Shown here: in pieces, positions 1-9,218 of the stretch
Layout of the letters: every line of letters begins with the position of its first letter
How positions within the stretch are numbered: position 1 is the stretch's first letter
Virus record (IMG/VR): IMGVR_UViG_3300037245_001837
Span: 1-64,000 of that record
DNA length: 64,000 nt
Source of the DNA: a virus
Reading direction: 5' to 3' (one strand)
Program-made: the position numbers and the translations under genes
The notes under the pieces: model-generated
What the model saw: the letters and a program-made list of their open reading frames with translations, nothing else
Told to the model about the DNA's origin: nothing
Database searches by the model: none

Positions 1-2
1 AT

Positions 3-245
3 ATTGTTATAAATAACGACTCTACAAACAGCGATTATATTTTCGATTTAAAAAAAGGTTTAAATACTTCAACAAGTGCCTTTAGTTTGCACAGATACAA
101 AGAAATTAACATTTTCACATTTTGCGAAGAATCACAAGTAAAAGAAGTCACAAAACTTCATTTATTAGAAATTAAAAACGGTATTGAAGAAGTAAAAAAA
201 GATCTTAAAAAAGAAATTGAAGAGCTAAACAAAATCAAATTTTAA
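3..245 (+). CDS. 5'-truncated hypothetical protein
   Basis: Open frame from the window edge to TAA at 243-245; C-terminal coiled-coil-like segment. Confidence 0.6.
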   Translation: MVINNDSTNSDYIFDLKKGLNTSTSAFSLHRYKEINIFTFCEESQVKEVTKLHLLEIKNGIEEVKKDLKKEIEELNKIKF

Positions 246-294
246 AAAATTAGCTGAAAAGATCAATAATAAAAACAACGCAAAAAATTACAAA

Positions 295-2493
295 ATGGAA
301 ATTCTCAATAAAAATTATAAAATAGCTTTATCAATTTATAAAAACGAGTGTACGGTAGAGCAGTACAAAGAAGCTTATAAAAATTTACTAGACAATAAAA
401 ACGAACTAATTTTAAATTTGAACTCTAAAAAGGTTAAACAATTAAAAAGTTTTTTGGGTCAGTTGGGAAGTTGGACAGATTCCAGAGATAAAAAAGCCGA
501 TTTAATACGTAAAATTTTTAGCTCTTTAGAGGATTATTTTTTAATGGGTCAATCTATTTGCTACACATTTGGAGAAGGTACGCACGAAACCGCAAAAACT
601 GCATTAATTGAGGGCGTAAACGCTGAATTTTTAGCGGATTTTTACGAAAAAAGAAGGATTAAAAAAGCTGAACAAGAAAAATCAGTTTCAAACCCTGAAA
701 CAATTCAGGAATTTAGAGAGTTTATCCATTTAAAAGGAAAGGAAAAATTAACCCCTGAACAATTAGAAAAATTTGAGACTCTTTGTGCTGATTCTATGCT
801 AAATAGACAAAAAAAAGAAGCTGAACAAAAAGCGATAGTTCAAAAAGTTGATATTAAAAACGCTGAATTTGAACTATACCAAACAAAACACAGTAAAACA
901 GGTGAGGACATTTTTACCGTTTTAATGACTGAAAGAGTGGAAAAGGAAACCTTTACAGAATTACGAAAAAAAGCTAAAAATTTCGGTGGTTACTACTCCA
1001 GATATACAGATAAAAACGCAAACCCACCAATAAAAGCAGGTTTTAACTTTTCAACAGAAGAAGAAGCCATAAATTTTATGGGTTTAAAAGATAGCGATCA
1101 ATCAACAGCAGAAAAAACAGAAGAAAAAAAAGAAATTGTAAAAGCTTCAGCAGCCGAAAGGATGAGAGAACGAGCCAACGCCCAAATTGAAAAAGCTAAC
1201 GAGAGCTTAAACCAAGATAGGCAGGTAAACACACATAAAAGAATAGCGGAAGCAGGAAGAGCAGAAGAAAAAGCACAAAACGAAATAATTTTCGCTAAAA
1301 AAATGCTTTGTGTTGCTGATGGTTTAGAAAATGGAAGTATCAAATACTTACACGCTTTAAGAAATGGCAAACAATTGGAGCAATTAGGAACACTTTTAAA
1401 TCGTGGATATTATAACAGGGTTGAATATAAAGACAGGGACAGAGAAGAAAAAAACGCCTCTTTAGATGTTAATTTTGTTGTGTATCCATTCCCTAAATAT
1501 GGGGTAAATGTTATTAGTACCGTGTTTTCTAATTACTCAGATGTAGACGGAATGAAGCAAGGAGTAAAAAAGATTTTAGATTATTCAAAAAAATACGCAG
1601 ATAAAAACGATTATTTAACCCTAGAGGGATCATATATAATCGAATTATTCAAAAAAACAGCTTCAAAAATCAGCGACAAATGGAAAAAGGACAGAATTTT
1701 AGATGAAATAAAAGATTTTGAACGCATTCAAAAAATGGGTTTAACAAACTTAACACTACTAAAAACTGCTTTACGAGAACTGGGAGAACTTGGAAAAGGT
1801 ACAGGATTAACACAGGAGCAAAAAGACGAAACAGAACTAAAAAAACTAGAGCGTAGTTTTGTAACTAAAAAAATTAGCGGTTTTTTCCCTACTCCAAACC
1901 CATTGATAGAAAAAATGTTTTCGATGGCTAAAGTTTTTGAAAACGAAACAATTTTAGAACCTAGCGCAGGACTTGGACACATTGCAACAGCAATAAAAAA
2001 TAAATTTCCAGAAAATAAATTAAATGTTATTGAATACAATCACAGTCTAAGCGAGGTTTTAAATAAAAAAGGTTTTGAAACTGAAAACGCTGATTTTCTG
2101 GAAACTTCAAAAAAATACGATGTTATTTTTATGAATCCACCATTTGAAAAAAATCAAGATATAGACCATGTGAGGCACGCATTTAGTTTGCTTAATAATG
2201 GGGGGCGTTTAGTTTCTATAATGGCAGGAAACAAGTCAGGAACGCAAAAAAAAGTAGCTGAATTTATGGATTTTGTAAATGAATTTGGACACATGGAGCA
2301 AAACGAAGAGGGAAGTTTTAAAAGTGCTTTTATTACTACTGGTGTAAATACTGTTACTGTTTATTTAGAGAAGCCAACGCCAGAGGAAGAGCCAGAAGAA
2401 GAGCATCAAGAAGAAGAGCCACAGCACACACCGCAAGCGGAGGAAATACAAACAAAAGATATTATTTGTAACGGGTCATATATGTTATTTTAA
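295..2493 (+). CDS. Large N6-adenine DNA methyltransferase with ~520-aa N-terminal extension
   Basis: FFPTP, motif I ILEPSAGLGHIA and motif IV FMNPPF in the C-terminal third; acidic tail. Confidence 0.85.
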   Translation: MEILNKNYKIALSIYKNECTVEQYKEAYKNLLDNKNELILNLNSKKVKQLKSFLGQLGSWTDSRDKKADLIRKIFSSLEDYFLMGQSICYTFGEGTHETAKTALIEGVNAEFLADFYEKRRIKKAEQEKSVSNPETIQEFREFIHLKGKEKLTPEQLEKFETLCADSMLNRQKKEAEQKAIVQKVDIKNAEFELYQTKHSKTGEDIFTVLMTERVEKETFTELRKKAKNFGGYYSRYTDKNANPPIKAGFNFSTEEEAINFMGLKDSDQSTAEKTEEKKEIVKASAAERMRERANAQIEKANESLNQDRQVNTHKRIAEAGRAEEKAQNEIIFAKKMLCVADGLENGSIKYLHALRNGKQLEQLGTLLNRGYYNRVEYKDRDREEKNASLDVNFVVYPFPKYGVNVISTVFSNYSDVDGMKQGVKKILDYSKKYADKNDYLTLEGSYIIELFKKTASKISDKWKKDRILDEIKDFERIQKMGLTNLTLLKTALRELGELGKGTGLTQEQKDETELKKLERSFVTKKISGFFPTPNPLIEKMFSMAKVFENETILEPSAGLGHIATAIKNKFPENKLNVIEYNHSLSEVLNKKGFETENADFLETSKKYDVIFMNPPFEKNQDIDHVRHAFSLLNNGGRLVSIMAGNKSGTQKKVAEFMDFVNEFGHMEQNEEGSFKSAFITTGVNTVTVYLEKPTPEEEPEEEHQEEEPQHTPQAEEIQTKDIICNGSYMLF

Positions 2494-2495
2494 TT

Positions 2496-2687
2496 ATGGA
2501 AGCAATAGGAGTAATAAAAAGTAAAATTACAGTTTTTTGTGAGATTTGCAGAGATAAAAGAAACCGTAAAATTGAGGTTAAAATATATCATAATACGCCC
2601 CAAAAAATAGAAGAAGCAAAAAACGAGATAAAAAGAAGAGCAGCAAAAAAATATACCTGCAAAATATGTAAATCAATATTAAAATAA
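2496..2687 (+). CDS. Small zinc-finger-like protein
   Basis: CEIC and CKIC pairs; starts 2 nt after the upstream stop. Confidence 0.55.
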   Translation: MEAIGVIKSKITVFCEICRDKRNRKIEVKIYHNTPQKIEEAKNEIKRRAAKKYTCKICKSILK

Positions 2688-2768
2688 TTAATTCCCTGAA
2701 AATTTTATAAAGAAATTTATTTGGAGCAATACCAATCAGGGAGCAAAGCAATAATTTAAAAAAATATT

Positions 2769-2933
2769 ATGCACGAAATAAAAACGGAATTATTAGAAAT
2801 TTGTGAGGCGTTCAAGTTAGGAAGTTTTAAAAATAGTATTTCACATTCAGAAGAGAAAAACGGTTTTATAAAAACTGATTTTGAAACCTCAACAGGTAGA
2901 TATACTCATTATTTTAGGGTAAAAAACACATAA
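2769..2933 (+). CDS. Small hypothetical protein (54 aa, below ORF-track cutoff)
   Basis: ATG after AAAATATT leader; fills the gap between genes. Confidence 0.45.
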   Translation: MHEIKTELLEICEAFKLGSFKNSISHSEEKNGFIKTDFETSTGRYTHYFRVKNT

Positions 2934-2962
2934 TACAAACCACGCAAAAAAAACTAAAAATT

Positions 2963-3301
2963 ATGTTACTCCAAAGATGTCAAGAAGGTTTAGTTAATAG
3001 TTGTTTTGATTTTAGAATTGCAGACGGTCAAAACGGTAAGGGTGTATATTCCTTTTTTTATAATGATTTACCAATGATCAAATATTATTCTAAAAACAAT
3101 GAAACAGTACACACTTTTAAAATTGATAAGAAATATATAAAAGATTTATCTAAAAAAAATATGGATTATTGGGAAATTCAAGCTTTTATATATAACAACC
3201 CACAATACAAAGCTTTTATTTTCAAGCATAAAGGCTTTAACATTCCAACATCTAAGGAAATTTTAATAACAGATTCTAACATTGTTAATTTACAAAATTA
3301 A
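2963..3301 (+). CDS. Putative ADP-ribosyltransferase-fold protein
   Basis: R..(FDF)..GQNGKGVYSF..YY..and terminal EILI strand resemble the ART core pattern. Confidence 0.4.
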   Translation: MLLQRCQEGLVNSCFDFRIADGQNGKGVYSFFYNDLPMIKYYSKNNETVHTFKIDKKYIKDLSKKNMDYWEIQAFIYNNPQYKAFIFKHKGFNIPTSKEILITDSNIVNLQN

Positions 3302-3307
3302 AATATT

Positions 3308-3553
3308 ATGATTTTTCAGGAACAACCAACAAATAGAGAAGATCAAGTAAATTTAGTGAAATTGAAACTTTCAAAAAGGTTTGAAAAACTGCACCCTAAA
3401 GAAACTTTTACAGATTTAAATTTAGCAGCAGTTAACCCATACGAACACGCTAAAATGTGTTATGTATCAAACAACCTGTTTAAATTTATTAGAATAGAAA
3501 ATAATAGTATTAGAGGATTCAAAAAAGTTTGCACAGCTTCATTCACTAATTAA
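3308..3553 (+). CDS. Hypothetical protein
   Basis: ORF track; co-directional with AAAATATTATG leader. Confidence 0.6.
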   Translation: MIFQEQPTNREDQVNLVKLKLSKRFEKLHPKETFTDLNLAAVNPYEHAKMCYVSNNLFKFIRIENNSIRGFKKVCTASFTN

Positions 3554-3563
3554 AAATAATATT

Positions 3564-3710
3564 ATGAGAAAAGTAACAATTTATTTACATGACGGTCAAG
3601 TATTTAAAATTAACAGCGTTGGAACTATACCACAGCTTCAAAGAAAATATGCAATAGGCAAGACCCTTAAAGATTCAAATTTAATTATTGAAGCTCATAC
3701 AATTGAATAG
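3564..3710 (+). CDS. Small hypothetical protein (48 aa)
   Basis: ATG after ATAATATT leader; fills the gap. Confidence 0.4.
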   Translation: MRKVTIYLHDGQVFKINSVGTIPQLQRKYAIGKTLKDSNLIIEAHTIE

Positions 3711-3764
3711 CTAAAATTTCACCTAAAAAAACGTATTTACAAACCCACGGAAAAAATATTAAAA

Positions 3765-4199
3765 ATGGAAACAACCATATTAGATCAGCAAAAAGAATTT
3801 GAACAAAAAGTATGTGAAATATTAAATTTCAAAAGTGCAAATTCAATGATAATGCAAAGAGATGGAACGGAACAAATGATTATTGATGATGATCATGGTG
3901 ATGAAAATGTTTTAAGTGGTACAATTGCCTATAAAAGAAAAGATAAATCATTTTTATTAATCGTAACAAAGGACAGCGAAGTAAACCATGTTGGAAGTAT
4001 AACGTTTAAAATGATTAAAATTCTGGTGAAAAATTATTGTAGTGCTTCAAATAATAAAGTTGTTTTTGCTACAAATTTACCTATTGAAATTCACTCAAGT
4101 AAGGCAAAGGAATTGAAAAAAGATTTTAATTTTCACATTGAAAATGTAGGATTTTCTTTTTGCCAGAAACATAATTTAGAATTCACATCAATGTATTAA
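3765..4199 (+). CDS. Hypothetical protein
   Basis: ORF track. Confidence 0.7.
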   Translation: METTILDQQKEFEQKVCEILNFKSANSMIMQRDGTEQMIIDDDHGDENVLSGTIAYKRKDKSFLLIVTKDSEVNHVGSITFKMIKILVKNYCSASNNKVVFATNLPIEIHSSKAKELKKDFNFHIENVGFSFCQKHNLEFTSMY

Positions 4200-4213
4200 C
4201 TAAAATATTAAAA

Positions 4214-4576
4214 ATGGAATCTATTGAAAATCGACTTAATTGGTTATGGATAAACGGACACCAAAATAAAATTAAAGCAAATACTGAAAACATTTCAGTT
4301 GTAGGTGTTGATACTTGGGATTTTATGGATGGAACAAGCACTTTTTATGGCTTTATTCAGTTTGATAGATGGTATGATGAGTCAATATTCCATAAAGTTG
4401 TAGAAAACAGATATAAACCTAATAAATTAGGCGAAAAAGTTGGAATTGCTAGACCCTTTGGAGGTGGTTCTGCTTGGTTAAGATTTAATCCTTCTGAAAT
4501 TGACAAAGTAGTTAGTGAAATGAAGAAAAAAGGATATACAATTCAATTAAAAATTAAAGAAAAATGTACTATATAA
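4214..4576 (+). CDS. Hypothetical protein
   Basis: ORF track. Confidence 0.7.
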   Translation: MESIENRLNWLWINGHQNKIKANTENISVVGVDTWDFMDGTSTFYGFIQFDRWYDESIFHKVVENRYKPNKLGEKVGIARPFGGGSAWLRFNPSEIDKVVSEMKKKGYTIQLKIKEKCTI

Positions 4577-4875
4577 TCACATCAAAAAAGAAAGAAAATA
4601 TTTTAGTAACTAAAAATTACAATGAATGTTTTGATTTTATTGTAAAGAATCCAGATGCGAAAATTCGCACAATAGATCATACTGCAAAACCACGCATTTT
4701 AGACAAAAGAAATTTCCTGAAGGAATTCTATAAAAATACTGATGATAAAAATAAATTCTTTGAATTGGTTGAAATCATGGTGACATACGTTAACAATATG
4801 TATGATTTATTGAACTCAATAGGATTAAAAGAGGACTATAAAACCTATAAAAAAGTAACTAATAACACCCTTTAA
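4564..4875 (+). CDS. Hypothetical protein, weakly similar to 8967..9218
   Basis: Shared FIxxNPD and FLKxF pattern. Confidence 0.65.
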   Translation: MYYIITSKKKENILVTKNYNECFDFIVKNPDAKIRTIDHTAKPRILDKRNFLKEFYKNTDDKNKFFELVEIMVTYVNNMYDLLNSIGLKEDYKTYKKVTNNTL

Positions 4876-4877
4876 TT

Positions 4878-5240
4878 ATGGAAATATTAAATTCTTCTGG
4901 TTGGATTTGGATTAAAAATAGCAATTCAACAGAAAAGCGAGATCAAATAAAAGGTAAATATTTATTTTTTTCAGACAACAAAGAAGAGTTGATAGAATTA
5001 GGTAAGCAGATACTAAATAAATACGGACTACTTGTTGCAAAAACACCTATTAGCGAGGTTGCTAATAAAAATAAAGGTTTTGGTTTTGTGCTATGCGTTT
5101 ATGATATTATAAACAGATACTCAAACGAATTAAAAACATTGGAAACAAATAGTATATCATATAGATATTGGAAATCAGATGATGATACGAGAAATAAAAA
5201 ATACTCAAAACAATATAAAAACTCAAACCAATGGAAATAA
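4878..5240 (+). CDS. DUF1917/BLES03-like (eIF4E-like, phosphothreonine-lyase-related fold) protein
   Basis: Motif order GKYLFF..AK..VLCVY..YWKSDDDT..Y. Confidence 0.5.
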   Translation: MEILNSSGWIWIKNSNSTEKRDQIKGKYLFFSDNKEELIELGKQILNKYGLLVAKTPISEVANKNKGFGFVLCVYDIINRYSNELKTLETNSISYRYWKSDDDTRNKKYSKQYKNSNQWK

Positions 5241-5638
5241 TTGATAAATGCATTTTTACTAAATGCCCTCTAAAAGAAAACTGTTATAGGTTTGGTGAAG
5301 AATTACGTCAAGGACAGTTAACAATATTTAATTATAATAATGGATGTGTGCATTTTTGGGATACAAAACATACTCCAGTAAAACAATATAGTATGGAAGT
5401 AATTATAAAAGGAAAATCAGTAGAAGAAATATTTAAACTACTAAAATTAAAAAAGCATTCTCTTTACAAATGTAAAGTTAAGTGTTCTGAAAATAATGTA
5501 AAGCATACTGCATTTTTATTCGTAGGATTTAAAACAGGATCATATTGTCAGGTCTATACAAATAATTATGATTGCCCTATTGATATGACTAGATGTTACA
5601 GCATATCTAATGTAAAATTTTTAAGTAAAATCAAATAA
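5231..5638 (+). CDS. Hypothetical protein with Cys-rich N-terminus
   Basis: KCxxxxCPLKENCYRF..CVHFW. Confidence 0.65.
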   Translation: MEIIDKCIFTKCPLKENCYRFGEELRQGQLTIFNYNNGCVHFWDTKHTPVKQYSMEVIIKGKSVEEIFKLLKLKKHSLYKCKVKCSENNVKHTAFLFVGFKTGSYCQVYTNNYDCPIDMTRCYSISNVKFLSKIK

Positions 5639-5648
5639 TAAAAACACA

Positions 5649-6494
5649 ATGGAAAATTTAGTAAAACAAAAAGTTATAGGTCAAGACCTACTTGTTAAAG
5701 AATTGTCAAATATATTTGAAATATTCAAAGTTTCAGAATGTGAAATAAGACCACATTTTATATTAACAGGTTCGTCAGGTTCAGGAAAAACGCACACTAT
5801 AAAGACAATTTGCGAATTTATGAAACTTGGTTTTGTAGAAGTTAATGGAGCTTCATTAACAAAAGAAGGAACAAGCGGGAACTCATTAAGCAAAGCATTA
5901 ACACCGCTTTTAAACATGGATGGAAAACCTACAATAGTTTTTGTTGATGAATTTGATAAGCTTTTTATAAGTGGAAATTCAAACAGCGATTTAGCACATG
6001 AAACAACTAACGGAGTTCAAAACGAATTCCTAAAAGTTTTAGAAAGTGATACTGCTTCTGTTTTTGGAGATTACGGAAAATACGTTAATGCTTCTGTTAA
6101 GAATTGCTTATTTATATTTTCAGGAGCTTTTAATGGTCAACCTGACATAGGTGTTGATGATTTAAGAGATTTTGGAATTAAGACTGAATTTTTAGGTCGT
6201 GTTGGATTATGTTTTAACACACAGGATTTAACTTTAGAAAGTCTATTTATAATACTGGCAAGGAGTCCATTACTTAAAACTTATTTAAAGATTTATAAAG
6301 ATGTTGATAGAGAAACTGTTATTGGAAAAGTTCAAAAAATACTTGAAGCTAATCACGAAATGAACACTTTAGGAGCTAGACAGATCAATACTTTAATACA
6401 TCAATATTTTATTAAAGGAGGGGATTTAGAATCAGTAGAGAAAAATATTGTTTTCACTAAAAAAATTAACATTAAACTAAATTATGAAAACTAA
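5649..6494 (+). CDS. ClpX-like AAA+ ATPase (minimal)
   Basis: VIGQ, Walker A GSSGSGKT, Walker B VFVDEFDK, VQNEFLKVLE, EFLGR, sensor-II GAR. Confidence 0.85.
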   Translation: MENLVKQKVIGQDLLVKELSNIFEIFKVSECEIRPHFILTGSSGSGKTHTIKTICEFMKLGFVEVNGASLTKEGTSGNSLSKALTPLLNMDGKPTIVFVDEFDKLFISGNSNSDLAHETTNGVQNEFLKVLESDTASVFGDYGKYVNASVKNCLFIFSGAFNGQPDIGVDDLRDFGIKTEFLGRVGLCFNTQDLTLESLFIILARSPLLKTYLKIYKDVDRETVIGKVQKILEANHEMNTLGARQINTLIHQYFIKGGDLESVEKNIVFTKKINIKLNYEN

Positions 6495-6948
6495 AAAAAG
6501 AGTTGAGCAATTAGGAGAACTAGAAATAGTATTAATTGGATCAGAATACAGGGGTAAAAAAAATATAAATAAAGATTTTAACGTTCATATTGTTGAAGTT
6601 AATTGTGACCCTGATGAGGTTTGGAATCCTAAAATTGAGAAAATGAAAACTGAATTAGAGAAAAGAAAAAAAGTATCCAGACCTATTACAGCTCACAAAC
6701 ATACTGAAGGAGAGTGGAGGTGTGAATCAGATGGAAATAGACAATTTAATATTATTAGTAAAGATGGTTGGAATCTTTTAAATAACGAATCTGATTTTGA
6801 TAAACAAGAAGCTAATGCTAAACTAATGGTAATAGCTCCTAAATTACTGGAAATTGCTGAAATGTTTTTTGACAAAATGAAAGGAACTGATGCAGAAGGT
6901 AGTTTACCTTTCAATATTGTATTAGAAACTTTAAATAAATTAAAATAA
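6484..6948 (+). CDS. Hypothetical phage protein (HTxGxW..ANAxL..AP.LLE type)
   Basis: HTEGEW..ANAKLMVIAPKLLE in the C-terminal half. Confidence 0.65.
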   Translation: MKTKKRVEQLGELEIVLIGSEYRGKKNINKDFNVHIVEVNCDPDEVWNPKIEKMKTELEKRKKVSRPITAHKHTEGEWRCESDGNRQFNIISKDGWNLLNNESDFDKQEANAKLMVIAPKLLEIAEMFFDKMKGTDAEGSLPFNIVLETLNKLK

Positions 6949-7005
6949 TGGTTTCCTAAATTCAGAAAACAAATTGAAAATTGTATAAACTAAATAGAAA
7001 ATATC

Positions 7006-8811
7006 ATGAGTAAAGATTTAATTTTAAAAGAGACTTCTATTATCCATAAAAAAAAGGGTGAAATTTGTATCGGAGATTTGTTTATGGATAGAGATGGCGT
7101 TTATCCTGTTGTTGGATTCAAAGAAAGGCAATACACAGACAGCGAAGAAAAACTTCATATCATTAAAATTGTTATTGTATCTAATCATAAATGGTCTGAT
7201 CATAATGATGGAATTTATGAAATAACAGAAAGTACTTTGGATGAATATTATACAGTTGTAAAGGGATATACTTTTGATGACATAGAAGAACTTTCAGGTA
7301 AAATACTTTCAGGAGAATTATCAATAGAAGAATTATCATTAAAAGAGGAAAAACAAGACCCAACCTCAACAGCTTTAGTAGTTTTAAATAAAGATGTTTT
7401 TACTTCTAAATTAGCAGAGATTAAAAATATGGAAAATAGAATAGCATTAATTCAATCTTTGGTTAGACAAAAAGTAGATGCAGTGCAGCAAAAAATAAGA
7501 GGTGTTGTTGCTGAATTCAGTAAAGTTATATCCAGATTAAACAAAGTTATTTTTACTTTAGAATTATACGCAGGTGTTCAGGAAGATATTAGACAAATAC
7601 AGTCTGGAAATCCTGCTGATGATTCAGAGCCGATATATTTAAATCAATTAATGAGATATATGGATGAAGAAGTCGGTGATCCATCTAATGAAGGTATTTC
7701 TTTTGATTCTATTGATAAGTTTGATAATTGGCTATTATCTTATTCAAGACACCTGAAATGTTTTTATTACGAATTATTATTACCTCAAAAAAAATGTGTT
7801 AGAATATTAAGAGTTAGGCGTTATGCTAAAGAATCATATACTCAAGACAGCTATAATAATCAATGGCAAATTCTAAAAGAAATGCAGACATATATTTTAA
7901 TCAGAAATGGAGAAAACATCTATTGTATTGAGTCAAAAATGAATTTCAATTCAAAATTATATCCTGATGAAAAAGAATTAAATGAGATTTTTGAAAAGAA
8001 TAATGAAGAGCAAATATTTGATGCGCTATCATCTTATAAAAATGGATTAATCTTAATGCAGGGATTAGTGGATAGAACAACTGTTTTTGGTCAAGTTACG
8101 GGTAAAATATCTTTTTTAAATACAGACTCACAAGAAAAAGGAGATGTTGTATTTCAATATGAAATGAGTGAGGACAGGCAAATTACAGATGGTAAAGAAA
8201 CTTTACTTGATTTTATGAATAAATTCCCTATTGAGGTAGGTGTAAGAATTTTAATTTGGGATACAGGAAGATACCATTCTTTAGGTGAATATGGAAGAGG
8301 TGAAAGCAGGTTTACAAGAGAATATATAAGCCACTATACATCTCCATACCTTCCTGAAGATGGTATTTACAAATTAGTAGAGCATAAATCTGTAAATCAT
8401 AAGGATGGAACATTAAAATTCATGTATGAAGCTGAAAAACAATGGAGTCCTAAAACTGATATGAAAACAGGGTGGATGGTAGAACCTAATGACCAAAACG
8501 TTGTTGATATTGATTCTATTTCACACAGAAATATAGATTGGATAAACAATATGCTTTACGACAGGAAAGTAAGAAAAAATTATGTTAAAGTAATGGGAGC
8601 TTTACAAATGGTAAAGAAATTCAAGAATGAAGAGTTAAAAAAAGAAGAACCTTTTGTTAAAATGATGATCTCATTTTCTAAAAAAACGGAGTTAGAAGTT
8701 TTAGATGCTGTTCATTGGTGGAAAACTAAAAATAAATATAAAAGACCTTTGAAAGAGGATGACAAAAAAGCATTCAGGATGATTAACAAATATTTAAACC
8801 CAAAAAAATAA
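7006..8811 (+). CDS. Large hypothetical protein with coiled coil
   Basis: 601-aa ORF; heptad segment near aa 130-185 followed by LELYAG..Q..YMDEE. Confidence 0.8.
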   Translation: MSKDLILKETSIIHKKKGEICIGDLFMDRDGVYPVVGFKERQYTDSEEKLHIIKIVIVSNHKWSDHNDGIYEITESTLDEYYTVVKGYTFDDIEELSGKILSGELSIEELSLKEEKQDPTSTALVVLNKDVFTSKLAEIKNMENRIALIQSLVRQKVDAVQQKIRGVVAEFSKVISRLNKVIFTLELYAGVQEDIRQIQSGNPADDSEPIYLNQLMRYMDEEVGDPSNEGISFDSIDKFDNWLLSYSRHLKCFYYELLLPQKKCVRILRVRRYAKESYTQDSYNNQWQILKEMQTYILIRNGENIYCIESKMNFNSKLYPDEKELNEIFEKNNEEQIFDALSSYKNGLILMQGLVDRTTVFGQVTGKISFLNTDSQEKGDVVFQYEMSEDRQITDGKETLLDFMNKFPIEVGVRILIWDTGRYHSLGEYGRGESRFTREYISHYTSPYLPEDGIYKLVEHKSVNHKDGTLKFMYEAEKQWSPKTDMKTGWMVEPNDQNVVDIDSISHRNIDWINNMLYDRKVRKNYVKVMGALQMVKKFKNEELKKEEPFVKMMISFSKKTELEVLDAVHWWKTKNKYKRPLKEDDKKAFRMINKYLNPKK

Positions 8812-8815
8812 TATT

Positions 8816-8965
8816 ATGAATAATCCATTTTTAGAATCACTAGTAGAAGAAGAAAACATGATACATATCATAGGTCAAAGAACTTTAAAGTTTAATAAAA
8901 CTATTTTATTCATTGATTATATGACTTACAAAAAGAATTATCAAGCCGTAATAAATTTAAATTAA
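8816..8965 (+). CDS. Small hypothetical protein (49 aa)
   Basis: ATG after ATAATATT leader; abuts the next gene. Confidence 0.4.
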   Translation: MNNPFLESLVEEENMIHIIGQRTLKFNKTILFIDYMTYKKNYQAVINLN

Positions 8966-8966
8966 A

Positions 8967-9218
8967 ATGTTTAAATTAATCACTCAAGAACATAAAATAA
9001 TTATCAAATCTTATAACATTTATCAGTTATGGCGTTTCATTTTGTCAAATCCAGATGATGTATATCAGTTTTTGATTGACTACATACCGATTTCTAATGA
9101 TGAATTCCTGAAATGCTTTTTAAATGAAACGGAAAATTATCAGGATTATTTAAGAATGTACCGAGTATTAAAACCAACTAAATCAATTTTCAATTATGCC
9201 AAAATTAGCAAAATTTAA
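8967..9218 (+). CDS. Hypothetical protein
   Basis: ORF track. Confidence 0.6.
   Translation: MFKLITQEHKIIIKSYNIYQLWRFILSNPDDVYQFLIDYIPISNDEFLKCFLNETENYQDYLRMYRVLKPTKSIFNYAKISKI

Noticed and set aside
2693-2725. Hammerhead ribozyme (CTGA..GAAA)
   Set aside because: Core reads CTGAAAA rather than CUGANGA and the stems do not fit hammerhead topology
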